Source of the DNA: Fimbriimonadales bacterium
GTDB taxonomy: Bacteria > Armatimonadota > Fimbriimonadia > Fimbriimonadales > ATM1
NCBI GenBank assembly: GCA_051003155.1
Contig: JBPCLO010000007.1
Location: 1-35,823, forward strand
Length of the DNA stretch: 35,823 nucleotides
Reading direction: 5' to 3'
A model generated the notes under the pieces. The model made no database searches and had not been told where the DNA came from. It worked only from the letters and a program-made list of their open reading frames with translations. This document shows, one piece after another, positions 8,285-17,377 of the stretch. The stretch's first letter is position 1; the number at the start of each line of letters is the position of its first letter. Position numbers and translations under genes: made by a program.

Positions 8285-9511
8285 ATGCCTGTCTACGGTT
8301 ATTCGTTTAGAGATGCCTCGGGCGCCGTTCAGAAAGGGACGGCAGAAGCCGACACCGAAGCAACCCTTCGGAGCAGATTCGAAGAGCAGGGCTTTACGAT
8401 CCTCGAGGTCGAGGTTCTTAAGAAGGTAGGCAAGTCCAAGCAGAAGAGCTACGGCAAAGTCGGCCTTACGAAGCTCGCCGTTTTCTGCCGCCAGTTCTCC
8501 ACGATGGTCGACGCCGGTGTGTCGCTCGTGCGATGTCTCGACGTTCTGGGCCAGCAGACCGAGGACCCCAAGCTCCGCAAGATTCTCGCCGACGTGGGCG
8601 AGAGGGTCGAGGGCGGCGAATCGCTAAGCCGGGCGCTTCAACGACACCCGAGGACGTTCAGCAACCTGTTCGTCGGCCTCGTCCGCGCTGGAGAACTCGG
8701 TGGTGTTTTGGAGGAGACTCTCCAGAGAATCAGCGGGTTCTTGGAGAAGGACGTCGAGCTTCGTCGCAAGGTCAAGGCCGCGCTTACCTATCCGATCCTC
8801 GTTATCGTGTTCGCACTCGGCATCGTGATTTTCTTGGTCACGTTTATCGTGCCGAAGTTCATCGAAGTCTTTCGCGACCTGGAGATTAAAACGTTCCCGG
8901 CCCCCACGCAGCTGCTGGTGGACATCAGCAACTTCATCACGACCAAGTTTCACATCATGCTGCTCGGCTTGGTGATTCTGCTGCTTGTCTGGAAGGCGTT
9001 TTCCAGCACGCACTTCGGCAGGCGGGTCATCGACCGAGTCAAGCTAAAGGTCCCAGTGTTCGGAAAGCTTCACCACAAGATTTGTCTCGCGCGCTTCAGC
9101 CGCACCTTGGGCACGCTGCTGACCTCGGGTGTTCCGATTCTCCAGGCAATGGAGACGGTCGCAGGCACGGTGGGCAACCACATCCTTGCCGACGCTGTTT
9201 TGGAGGCCCGCGCGAGAATTCGAGAAGGAGATCGGATCGGCGACCCGCTCGAAAGGAGCGGCCAGTTCCCGCCGATGGTCGTCCACATGATCTCGGTCGG
9301 TGAAGAGTCGGGTTCGCTCGACTACATGCTCCAAAAGATCGCCGACTTCTATGAAAGCGAAGTAGAATCGACCTTGGCTTCGCTGACCGCGGCGCTGGAA
9401 CCGGTTCTGATCATCGTGCTCGGCGTCATCGTCGGCTTCATCGTCATTTCGATGTTCCTTCCGCTCGTCAACGCGGTCGACAGCCTCTCGCAGCCTGACG
9501 CGCTTCAGTAA
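8285..9511 (+). CDS. pilC: Type IV pilus inner-membrane platform protein PilC (GspF family)
   Basis: Two T2SSF repeats (FCRQFSTMVDAGVSL..GELGGVLE; FSRTLGTLLTSGVPIL..GEESGSLD..LEP), ALTYP motif, 3 TM, RBS AAGGAG, directly after pilT. Confidence 0.96.
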   Translation: MPVYGYSFRDASGAVQKGTAEADTEATLRSRFEEQGFTILEVEVLKKVGKSKQKSYGKVGLTKLAVFCRQFSTMVDAGVSLVRCLDVLGQQTEDPKLRKILADVGERVEGGESLSRALQRHPRTFSNLFVGLVRAGELGGVLEETLQRISGFLEKDVELRRKVKAALTYPILVIVFALGIVIFLVTFIVPKFIEVFRDLEIKTFPAPTQLLVDISNFITTKFHIMLLGLVILLLVWKAFSSTHFGRRVIDRVKLKVPVFGKLHHKICLARFSRTLGTLLTSGVPILQAMETVAGTVGNHILADAVLEARARIREGDRIGDPLERSGQFPPMVVHMISVGEESGSLDYMLQKIADFYESEVESTLASLTAALEPVLIIVLGVIVGFIVISMFLPLVNAVDSLSQPDALQ

Positions 9512-9513
9512 GC

Positions 9514-9623
9514 CTGAAGACTGCGGAGCGGAGATCGGGGCCTCGATGAGATCCTCCGGTCTCTTCTTAGGGCGTGCGTGAGTGCGAGAGTCTTCAGTCT
9601 CAAGTCCGCAGTCTTCAGTCTAA
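9514..9623. repeat. 14-bp perfect inverted repeat plus five tandem AGTCnnn heptamers
   Basis: CTGAAGACTGCGGA (9514-9527) / TCCGCAGTCTTCAG (9605-9618); heptamers AGTCTTC AGTCTCA AGTCCGC AGTCTTC AGTCTAA (9589-9623). Confidence 0.75.
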
Positions 9624-9626
9624 GCA

Positions 9627-10640
9627 ATGCTTCCTGAGATCACGATTGTCTTCGGGTTCTACTTCGGGGCTGCTTTCGGCAGCTTTCTTAATGTCGTGAT
9701 CTATCGGCTGCCTCGCGGCATGTCGCTGAATCACCCGCCCAGCCACTGCCCTAGCTGCGACCATCGCTTGGGGGTCGCGGACCTCTTTCCCCTTTTCAGC
9801 TTCCTGTTCGGCGGTGCGAAGTGCCGCTACTGTAAGGCGCCGATCGGGCGGCGGTACTTCATTGTAGAACTATTAACAGCCACGATTTGGGCAGTTTTCT
9901 GGTACCAGCATCTGGTGGTTGGCTCGGACACCGCGCGGTTCGCCGCGATGGCGGCTTTCGCCACCGTCCTGGTCGCATGCATCTTCATCGATCTCTACCA
10001 CTACATCATTCCGGATTCGCTCAACGCGATCCTGTTGCTGATCGGCTTTCTTTTTAATGCCTGGCTGATCACCAAGGGGCAAGGATTGACCCAGGTGGGC
10101 GGTTGGGCGGTTCCGTCGTCGATCGTGGGCGCGCTGGCCGGCGTTTTGGTTTTGTGGGCGATCGCATTTATCGGGAGGGTGCTCTTCCGCAGAGATGCGA
10201 TGGGTCATGGGGACATCAAACTCGCACGCGGAATCGGGGCCGTTTTGTTGCCCGCGCTGGCCCTTGTGAGCTTCGGCGTGGCCGTGGTCGTAGGCGCGGT
10301 GTTCGGAGTTATTCAGATTATCGGGAGGCGCTCGCCCGAGGAAGAAGACATAGAGCATGACGTGCCCGAAGAGGAGCCGGAGAGCATCGGCAGCTTGCTC
10401 AAGGCAGGTCTCGGGTATGGGCTGCTCATCGATGTGTTCGCGCTCTTTTGGCCGCAGCTGGAGGCAAAGTGGTTCGGGGATATCGCCGAGGAGGAAGACA
10501 GCGAGGACGACTGGGTGCCGGGGCAGACGACGATCCCGTTCGGTCCATACCTCGGGCTTGGCGCGATTTTGGTGGCAATGTTCGGATCACGCTTCTCCGG
10601 CTGGCTCAATTCGTACTGGGAGTGGGCGACGAAGCGTTGA
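9627..10640 (+). CDS. pilD: Prepilin peptidase / N-methyltransferase PilD (A24A)
   Basis: GSFLNVVIYRLP, Zn-binding CPSC and CRYC, catalytic Asp motifs FIDL..IPD and MGHGDIKL, C-terminal IPFGPYL. Confidence 0.95.
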   Translation: MLPEITIVFGFYFGAAFGSFLNVVIYRLPRGMSLNHPPSHCPSCDHRLGVADLFPLFSFLFGGAKCRYCKAPIGRRYFIVELLTATIWAVFWYQHLVVGSDTARFAAMAAFATVLVACIFIDLYHYIIPDSLNAILLLIGFLFNAWLITKGQGLTQVGGWAVPSSIVGALAGVLVLWAIAFIGRVLFRRDAMGHGDIKLARGIGAVLLPALALVSFGVAVVVGAVFGVIQIIGRRSPEEEDIEHDVPEEEPESIGSLLKAGLGYGLLIDVFALFWPQLEAKWFGDIAEEEDSEDDWVPGQTTIPFGPYLGLGAILVAMFGSRFSGWLNSYWEWATKR

Positions 10641-11529
10641 TCCGCGTCATCCAGACCCCGCCGACGACGAGCACGGCACCGAGTATTTGCAGGGGCACCG
10701 GCACTTCGCCGAGGAACACCCACGCGATCGCGAGGCCGATCAAAGGGATTAGGCAGCTGAACACGGAAGCTCGGCTGGGACCGACCCGTGCGACGCCGGT
10801 GTTGTAAAGGAAGTACGCGAGAATCAGCGAGAGGAGGGAGGCATAGGCAAGGCCGACATATGCCAGCGGCGGAACGAACGCCCAGTCGACGTCCACCGCT
10901 TGGGGCAGGCCGATCGCCACGAGGCCGGGCGTGCCCATGGCCGTGGTGATCGTGGTCACCCGAAGGGGCGAGACGGAGCGATGGACGCGCCTCAGTCCCA
11001 GGGTGTAAGCTGCCCAGCACAGGACTGCCCCAATCGTCAGCAAATCGCCGAGGAGGGTTGCGCTACCAAAGCCGATCCCATGAGCGGTAACGACGAGCAC
11101 GACCCCCGCGAGGCCGACACCAATGCCCAGAGCGGTGACGCGCGAAACCCGCTCTATTTTGAAGGCCCATGCGAGCAGAGCTACGACCCCCGGGAGCGAT
11201 CCGATGATCACGGCGCTGTTTGTGGCCGTAGTGTTGTGGAGGCCCAGGATAAAGCCGGGCTGATAGATCGTGTTGCCGATGAATCCGATGAGAGCGAGCG
11301 TTCTGAATTCCTTTGTTGGAGTTTTGATCCCCGGCTCCAGCAGCCGCAGCAGCACCAAGAGGATGATGCTTGCGACCGCGAAGCGCGCGGCTGTGAAAAC
11401 GAGAGGAGGTATTTCGGCGATCGTCGCCTTCGTGAGGCTGAAGTTGGCACCCCAGATGAGAACGACGCCGACGAGCCCGATTTCGGCGGAAAGCCGCTTG
11501 TGGGATTCCGCCGGGCAGGTGGTCGTCAT
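10606..11529 (-). CDS. DMT superfamily EamA-type transporter
   Basis: About 10 TM with two EamA repeats: IWGANF, PPLVFTAARF, GDLLTIGAVLCWAAY, GPSRAS, FLGE..QILGAVLVVGGV. Converges on pilD with a 35-nt 3' overlap. Confidence 0.92.
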   Translation of the reverse strand: MTTTCPAESHKRLSAEIGLVGVVLIWGANFSLTKATIAEIPPLVFTAARFAVASIILLVLLRLLEPGIKTPTKEFRTLALIGFIGNTIYQPGFILGLHNTTATNSAVIIGSLPGVVALLAWAFKIERVSRVTALGIGVGLAGVVLVVTAHGIGFGSATLLGDLLTIGAVLCWAAYTLGLRRVHRSVSPLRVTTITTAMGTPGLVAIGLPQAVDVDWAFVPPLAYVGLAYASLLSLILAYFLYNTGVARVGPSRASVFSCLIPLIGLAIAWVFLGEVPVPLQILGAVLVVGGVWMTRINASSPTPSTN

Positions 11530-11595
11530 TGATTGTCGAGTCTACCGGACGGCTTACCTGGGCCAGGGTTCCGCGATGGGGATCAGAAATCGGAT

Positions 11596-11601
11596 TATAA
11601 T
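11596..11601 (+). promoter_or_regulatory. Perfect -10 box (TATAAT) upstream of the pilin cassette
   Basis: TATAAT in the divergent EamA/prepilin gap, 58 nt before ATG 11660. No good -35; RBS GGAGGA at 11651-11656. Confidence 0.45.
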
Positions 11602-11659
11602 GCCCTTGCGGAACATTGGCCGGTCTTCCCACCGTCATACGCATGTTTCCGGAGGACTA

Positions 11660-12472
11660 ATGAAGCGTAAAGGTTTTACGATGATCGAGTTGCTGGTCGT
11701 TATTGCGGTGATCGGCATTCTTGCGGCGATTCTGTTTCCCGTTTTCAACAGAGCGAAGATGCAGGCCAAAAAGGACTCCGACATCGTCAACATGAAGTCG
11801 ATCCACCAGGCGCTCAAGCTGTACCAAAACGACGCAGGCGGGTACCCGCCGCTTCTGCTTCAGGTCGCCGAATACAACGGCACGTTGAAACTGAACGTCG
11901 ATCAGGTCCGACGAGGCTTTTTATACAAGCAGCGGATCAAGGACGTTACCGTTTTTGCGAGCTCAATTTCAGAAGCCAAGAAGGACGAGACCGTGCAGGC
12001 TTGCTGGCCGAGCAAGGACCCGCGCGGGGGCGGCGATCCTGCGGAGACGCAGTTCAAAGGCCCGAGCGACCTCGTCATCTATACCGACATCAGCTACAAC
12101 TTCAACCCGGGACCGCTCAACGGCCAGAACCCGAACTCGCCGGCCGAGTTCTATGCTTACGACAACTACGATGTGGCTCCCACGCTGAACCCCGGCTGCG
12201 TTTCGCCCTCGAAGCACGAGTTGCGCTACTCTCTCTTCTGGACGGAGATGGGCCAAGCCGGTGGGGGCCCGACGGACAATAACCGCCAGCTCGGCTATAG
12301 GGATCCGAAGGACGACACGATCGTCACTTGGAACACGTTCTTCCAGCCGACGGCCGGATCGCCGAAACTGCCGAATCATGAACGCGGAACAATAGTGCTC
12401 TATCTCAGCGGCACTGCGAAGCTGGAGGATGGCAAGGACATCTACGACCGGTCTTGGCGGTTTGGCCAATAA
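11660..12472 (+). CDS. Type IV prepilin-like protein 1 (270 aa)
   Basis: Class III signal MKRKG|FTMIELLVVIAVIGILAAILFPVF with Glu5, behind RBS GGAGGA, so the start is 11660 rather than 11270. C-terminal H-X9-SG variant of the H-X9-DG motif. Confidence 0.92.
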   Translation: MKRKGFTMIELLVVIAVIGILAAILFPVFNRAKMQAKKDSDIVNMKSIHQALKLYQNDAGGYPPLLLQVAEYNGTLKLNVDQVRRGFLYKQRIKDVTVFASSISEAKKDETVQACWPSKDPRGGGDPAETQFKGPSDLVIYTDISYNFNPGPLNGQNPNSPAEFYAYDNYDVAPTLNPGCVSPSKHELRYSLFWTEMGQAGGGPTDNNRQLGYRDPKDDTIVTWNTFFQPTAGSPKLPNHERGTIVLYLSGTAKLEDGKDIYDRSWRFGQ

Positions 12473-12549
12473 GCAAGCACAAACGAGCCTGGCGAGAGGG
12501 AACAATGTTAGATCGACCCTCGTCCAACGTACATCTACCCGGAGAAACC

Positions 12550-13359
12550 ATGAAACGAAGAGGATTTACCCTGATCGAGTTGCTCGTTGTCATTGCCATC
12601 ATCGGCATTCTTGCAGCTGTACTTTTTCCAGTTTTTGGAACGGCGAGGCGGTCCGCCAAGATTCGAGCCGATTCTTCGAACATGGCTTCGATCTATCAAG
12701 CGCTTAAGCTCTACCGCGAGGATCAGGGGGGCTATCCACCGCTGCTACACCAAGTGGTCGAGTACAACAACAGCACGATGCGAAAGGTGGACGAGGTTCG
12801 CCGCGCATACCTCTATCGCGGACGCGTCAAGGACATCAACACGATGACGAGCGTCCTTGCGGAGGCGGAGAAGGACGAAGAGGTCAACGCAGTTTGGCCG
12901 ACTCGCGACGAGAGGAACGCCGGCAACCCCGGCGACCACCAGTTCGCGCCCTTCGGCACTCCGGTTACCTACCAGCACCTCGGCATAGATCCAACTTTCC
13001 TGAACGGGGACGCAATCACCGATCCTGCTCGCTTCTATGCGTGGGACACGTATGACGTAGCGCCGGTGCGTAACCCGAATAACCCAAATCAGATTTTGTA
13101 CGAGCTGCGCTATGTCTTGTTTTGGACCGAGCTCGGCCAGGTGGGCGGCGGCCCGAATGACAGCCCGCGGCAACTCGGCTACAACGACCCTCGGGAAGAC
13201 ACGATTATCACTTGGAACACGTTTTTCCGAAGTTACGAGGGCAACACGGCAATTCCCAAACGGAGGAACGATACGTACGTGCTCTACCTGAACGGATCGG
13301 TCGACAGCGTGGACTCCCGAGACCTATTCGAGCGTTCGTGGCGCTTCGGCCAACAATAG
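12550..13359 (+). CDS. Type IV prepilin-like protein 2 (269 aa), paralog of protein 1
   Basis: MKRRG|FTLIELLVVIAIIGILAAVLFPVF behind GGAG (start 12550, not 12454). Colinear with protein 1 throughout (GGYPPLL, YDVAP, ELRY.LFWTE.GQ.GGGP.D..RQLGY.DP..DTI.TWNTFF, RSWRFGQ). Confidence 0.92.
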   Translation: MKRRGFTLIELLVVIAIIGILAAVLFPVFGTARRSAKIRADSSNMASIYQALKLYREDQGGYPPLLHQVVEYNNSTMRKVDEVRRAYLYRGRVKDINTMTSVLAEAEKDEEVNAVWPTRDERNAGNPGDHQFAPFGTPVTYQHLGIDPTFLNGDAITDPARFYAWDTYDVAPVRNPNNPNQILYELRYVLFWTELGQVGGGPNDSPRQLGYNDPREDTIITWNTFFRSYEGNTAIPKRRNDTYVLYLNGSVDSVDSRDLFERSWRFGQQ

Positions 13360-13378
13360 AATCTAAAAGGCAATTTTC

Positions 13379-15388
13379 ATGAGACGTCGTCAAGGCTTTA
13401 GCTTAATCGAGATACTGGTTGTTCTCGTCGTGCTGCTTGTCGGAATACTTTCCGTCATCCGGATCTTTCCTTTGGGCTTTGCTGCGCTGTCCAACACACG
13501 CGACTATACGATGGCCCAAGTGCTGGCGCGGGGAGAGATTGACAAACTGGCGAGCCTAGCGCAAGACCTGCCGCAGCAAATTCTGCCCGTCCGTTATGTT
13601 TATGTGAACAACGGCGGGTGGCAGCTGTTGATCCAGGCATTCCCGGATACCGATCCGCGCGACCTTGGCCCCGGCGGAGAACTGCGTGAGGACGGTAGCA
13701 TCTTCATTCCCAATCCGGGCGGAGGTGCCGGCACGCTGATTCCGTGGCGCTATTACAACGACGCGAATCGAGTTCGCCGCATCATCGGCGAGGGCGGGAC
13801 GATTCCTGCTCCCAGGCCGGTCGGTACGGAATTCGGCGGGCTTCGCAGCCTGAACTTCGCCCCGATCGTCGACGATATTAATCTGCTTCTGGTTTACAGC
13901 GCAGATATGGAGGGCGAAGGCGAGTCAGGGACGACATCCGGCCAGGTGATGGAGAACCCCGATCCTTGGGAGTTTCACCACGACGATGAAATGGGCCAGG
14001 TGTGGCTGCCGGGATTCGCGGGCCGGCCGATTAGCTATAAGCTCAATTTTAGCTACTGGATCAACAACGCCGGACAACTTCGCAAGATCGACATTATCGA
14101 CCTCGTTGTGACGGTTACGCCGACTCCGGCCGGGGGCAATCCCCGAGAAAGACTTTATAACGCCGCCACGAACGAAGTTGCGCCGTTCGACCTTAGGCTG
14201 CTTGCCGGCGGTGGCGCCAACTGGGCCGGCGTGGTACCGGACAGCGTCTCGGCAAACCGCCTCTTCGATCGCCTCGCGATCGCTGCGATGTTCAAACCCG
14301 ACTACCCCTACGAGTACAAAGTGCTGCACGGCAACCTCGGCGGCGTGCTGTTCAACCCGCTCGCCTACAATTTCCGTGAGCGACGAGGACGGCCCAGGGA
14401 CACGCGGCCGCTCACGGCTCAGATCAACTACGATGTTTACAACTGGCACATCATCAGCGACGATTTCCGAGCCGATCGTGCCCGAAGCCCTATTCACAAG
14501 CTGAGCCTTCAGCGCATAAAGGCAGCCGGAGACATTCTGAACGACAGGCGGCGCTACAACGGCCTGGGCTTCCCAGTACCGCTCGGGGGCGGGCAGTTCG
14601 ATACCCAGCGCGCGGTTGTCGTGCTCGACCTCGACAGCGGCGGAATTGTGTCACCTCAGGCGGATCCCGGCAACGCTGCGGCTGGCCTCAGCTACAAAGT
14701 GGACTATCTGCGCGGCGTGATCGCGATGGGAGCCGATTCGCTTCCCGGCCCCGGCAACCCAGGAGATCTCGCTCAGAGCATCACGATCATCATGCCGGAT
14801 GCCAACCAAACGGTCGTTACGAATATTCAACCGAGCGGACGCAATTTCCGTGTCCTCTACGAAGCTGACAACGATTGGGCGGTGCAAGTTTTCAAGGCGC
14901 CCCAGACCATCAACGTTATCGGCGCCTTGCCGCTAGGAATCGCGCAGGCCTACGTCGGAAACTCGACAACCGGGGTCGGGCTGCCCACGCGCATATATTT
15001 CCCGCTTGCAGACAACGGCACCAAAGTGTCCATTCGCGAAGTTTGGTACCGCGACACGAATGGCAACCTCAAGGCGCTCCGCGATCACGACTTCCTGCTC
15101 AGGCTGAGAGCTCTCGACTCGGCCGGCCAGCCTCTGCCCTCGATCGACATTCGCGAGATCGATCCGCAAGCGTCGGCGTTCGACTTCCAGACTTATGGCT
15201 ACGCTGTACGTGGCATCGGTGGCAGCTCGCTGCGCGCACGGGTGATTTGGAACACGGCGGATAAGGAAGACGTCCGAGGTAATAGCGTCGGGCAGATCCA
15301 GGAAAGAATGGATTTGCACGACGTCTGGTCCAGGCAGTGGCGCAAGGTAGAAGTGGAGAGCTTCCTGACTAGGCGAGACGAGAACTAA
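13379..15388 (+). CDS. Giant minor pilin, PilV/GspI-like (669 aa)
   Basis: MRRRQG|FSLIEILVVLVVLLVGILSV (PilV-style helix, Glu5), then AQVLARGEID. C-terminal LRARVIWN..KVEVESFLTR resembles terminal pilin beta-strands. The prepilin call is firm; the PilV assignment is inference. Confidence 0.8.
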   Translation: MRRRQGFSLIEILVVLVVLLVGILSVIRIFPLGFAALSNTRDYTMAQVLARGEIDKLASLAQDLPQQILPVRYVYVNNGGWQLLIQAFPDTDPRDLGPGGELREDGSIFIPNPGGGAGTLIPWRYYNDANRVRRIIGEGGTIPAPRPVGTEFGGLRSLNFAPIVDDINLLLVYSADMEGEGESGTTSGQVMENPDPWEFHHDDEMGQVWLPGFAGRPISYKLNFSYWINNAGQLRKIDIIDLVVTVTPTPAGGNPRERLYNAATNEVAPFDLRLLAGGGANWAGVVPDSVSANRLFDRLAIAAMFKPDYPYEYKVLHGNLGGVLFNPLAYNFRERRGRPRDTRPLTAQINYDVYNWHIISDDFRADRARSPIHKLSLQRIKAAGDILNDRRRYNGLGFPVPLGGGQFDTQRAVVVLDLDSGGIVSPQADPGNAAAGLSYKVDYLRGVIAMGADSLPGPGNPGDLAQSITIIMPDANQTVVTNIQPSGRNFRVLYEADNDWAVQVFKAPQTINVIGALPLGIAQAYVGNSTTGVGLPTRIYFPLADNGTKVSIREVWYRDTNGNLKALRDHDFLLRLRALDSAGQPLPSIDIREIDPQASAFDFQTYGYAVRGIGGSSLRARVIWNTADKEDVRGNSVGQIQERMDLHDVWSRQWRKVEVESFLTRRDEN

Positions 15389-15390
15389 CC

Positions 15391-17373
15391 ATGATACGAG
15401 CGTTTACCCTTATCGAGATGATCATAGTGATGGCGATAACCGCCATCCTTATCACTCTCATCGGCATTCCACTGGTGCAGGGTTTGAACCTCACGCGCGC
15501 CTCTCAGGCCTTCGCTGAAGCTCAGGACATCAGCCGCGAAGTTATTGGCCGGATCAATAAAGAACTCAGTACCGCGGCGCTCGTTGTGGACAACTCGGTG
15601 CCCGAATCGGCCGTCGAGGTTGTGCTCCCACTGCGCGGTAACGCCAACCCCGGCTACGTGCGGCTTCACAACGCCAAGATCGACTTCGTTCCTCCCGCTC
15701 AGGGCGACCCTACAAACCCCCAGGTCAACCCGGGGCGAAACCGAATCGATCCGACCCTGAAGTCGGCGATTGGCCAGGTCATCCTGCCGGTTGCGCCCGG
15801 CCAGAAGATGATTCGATACTGGGTCGGCCTACGCCGACCGGTCGATGCCAACGGAGACCGCTCTATTTACGTGAACCCGTGGGTTCCGAAAATGACGGGC
15901 GCTATCGACGGCAACGAGAACCTTTATGTCTTGTACCGAGCCGAGGTTTTGCCGTATGTTTGGAACCAGACGCTCGGCCGATATGTTCCGAATACCGACC
16001 TGTTCGCGGTCGATCCGGCGAACGGCCAGGCCATTATCAACGACCCCGGCTTTTTCGAGCACACGCCTTCCGTGTTTCTGGACAACGCTAATGCGCACAG
16101 AGCCAGGCTGGCGAACTGGGTTCGGGAAGCGCGTTTGGTCGTGCAGGACTCTCGAACCGACATGATCATGCCCGAGGTCGACGAAACGACGGGTGACTTG
16201 ATATACCAACCGTATGTCGGCGGTGGAACGATTCCGAAGGTTCGCTCGCTGGTCAACTTTCAAGCGGTTCGAGTTAGCTCTGAGCCCGCAAAGGCCAATC
16301 GGACCCAGCGGCTTGGCGAGGAAGTCGTCGACAACGCGCGCCTCGCGCCAGAGTTTTTCCAAACGGAAATGCCCGGATGGACGACGGACACGTTGGCTCG
16401 CATTTATCGGCTCGACCCGCGGCAGACACCCCGCCCTCCGTACTACATCGCTCGCTGGAGGCAGCCTGTCGGCACGCCGAACTATCTCAACGAAATCGTG
16501 TACTTCGATCCGCAGAACGACGTAAGCGAGTACGTCGACGGCCGCCCCATTTTCAACATCAGTGGTTATCAGGCCACGGCTTCGGCCGGCAACCCGCGGA
16601 TCGGCACGAACATTTATCCTGCGGGCGGCATCGCTCCCGAATTGATGATTTTCACGATGGATCAACGCCGTGGGCGCGTACAAATGCGCTTCCCTGCGCG
16701 GGCTGCCCTCGGCTACGATCCGACGCCCCCCACGAGCGTGCCTAACGGGACGCTGACGGGGTGGCTGAACAGCCCGACTCGCGCTCAGTACGACCCTTCG
16801 GGTGTACTCGGACGCCGGTTCGTCGATCTTAGGAACACCACGCTTTTCCCTGGAAGCCAACCCGACTTCAACCCCTTCCAGCCAACAGTCGCGGGGTACG
16901 CGAACCCGCACTCCAAGATCACGCCAGGCAGCGAGATTGTTATCGGGCCAGACCAACGGCCCGGCCCCAACTTCGGCTTGCCGATTCGCTACAGCCGCGT
17001 TGCGGCCACCGAAGGCGTAGGCCTGAATCAGTATCGGATCAACTACACCGACCTGAGGCCGCCGAATTGGAATACGTACGGTGTGCCCGATCCGAACACC
17101 AACGCGGACGTAAGGAACTTTATCGAACCGCGGTTCAAGAAGGGCTACGTCGAGTTTCATAGCGATCCTACTTTGGTGCTGCCTCCCGGGAACATCGTCA
17201 TGCCTTTCGACTTCCAAGTTAATCAACCGGCGGATGCGGTCGTCGTCGACTACGACAGCAATCAACAAATCCGGGTCGATCTTACAATTCGACGGTTCTC
17301 GGGCGGCTACACCGTCGCGCCCCAGACGGTGACCGTATCGGACGTCGTGGCGATTAGAAATTTTGCAAGGTAG
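15391..17373 (+). CDS. Giant minor pilin, PilW/GspJ-like (660 aa)
   Basis: MIRA|FTLIEMIIVMAITAILITLI (Glu5), AQDISREVIGRINKELSTA, IRYWV and LYVLYRAE strands, and the C-terminal IRVDLTI..VSDVVAIRN typical of PilW-like pilins. Confidence 0.8.
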   Translation: MIRAFTLIEMIIVMAITAILITLIGIPLVQGLNLTRASQAFAEAQDISREVIGRINKELSTAALVVDNSVPESAVEVVLPLRGNANPGYVRLHNAKIDFVPPAQGDPTNPQVNPGRNRIDPTLKSAIGQVILPVAPGQKMIRYWVGLRRPVDANGDRSIYVNPWVPKMTGAIDGNENLYVLYRAEVLPYVWNQTLGRYVPNTDLFAVDPANGQAIINDPGFFEHTPSVFLDNANAHRARLANWVREARLVVQDSRTDMIMPEVDETTGDLIYQPYVGGGTIPKVRSLVNFQAVRVSSEPAKANRTQRLGEEVVDNARLAPEFFQTEMPGWTTDTLARIYRLDPRQTPRPPYYIARWRQPVGTPNYLNEIVYFDPQNDVSEYVDGRPIFNISGYQATASAGNPRIGTNIYPAGGIAPELMIFTMDQRRGRVQMRFPARAALGYDPTPPTSVPNGTLTGWLNSPTRAQYDPSGVLGRRFVDLRNTTLFPGSQPDFNPFQPTVAGYANPHSKITPGSEIVIGPDQRPGPNFGLPIRYSRVAATEGVGLNQYRINYTDLRPPNWNTYGVPDPNTNADVRNFIEPRFKKGYVEFHSDPTLVLPPGNIVMPFDFQVNQPADAVVVDYDSNQQIRVDLTIRRFSGGYTVAPQTVTVSDVVAIRNFAR

Positions 17374-17377
17374 TGGC

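Noticed and set aside
6931..8286. 451-aa minus-strand ORF and other long antisense ORFs (15829-17397, 18338-19294, 20644-21501, 29247-30242)
   Set aside because: They shadow well-supported + strand genes. GC-rich codon bias keeps antisense frames open, and the translations are R/V/G-rich without motifs.
11270..11659. 130-aa N-terminal extension of prepilin 1 in the ORF track (likewise 12454-12549 for prepilin 2)
   Set aside because: It overlaps EamA, and class III signals must be near the N-terminus. RBSs precede ATG 11660 and ATG 12550.
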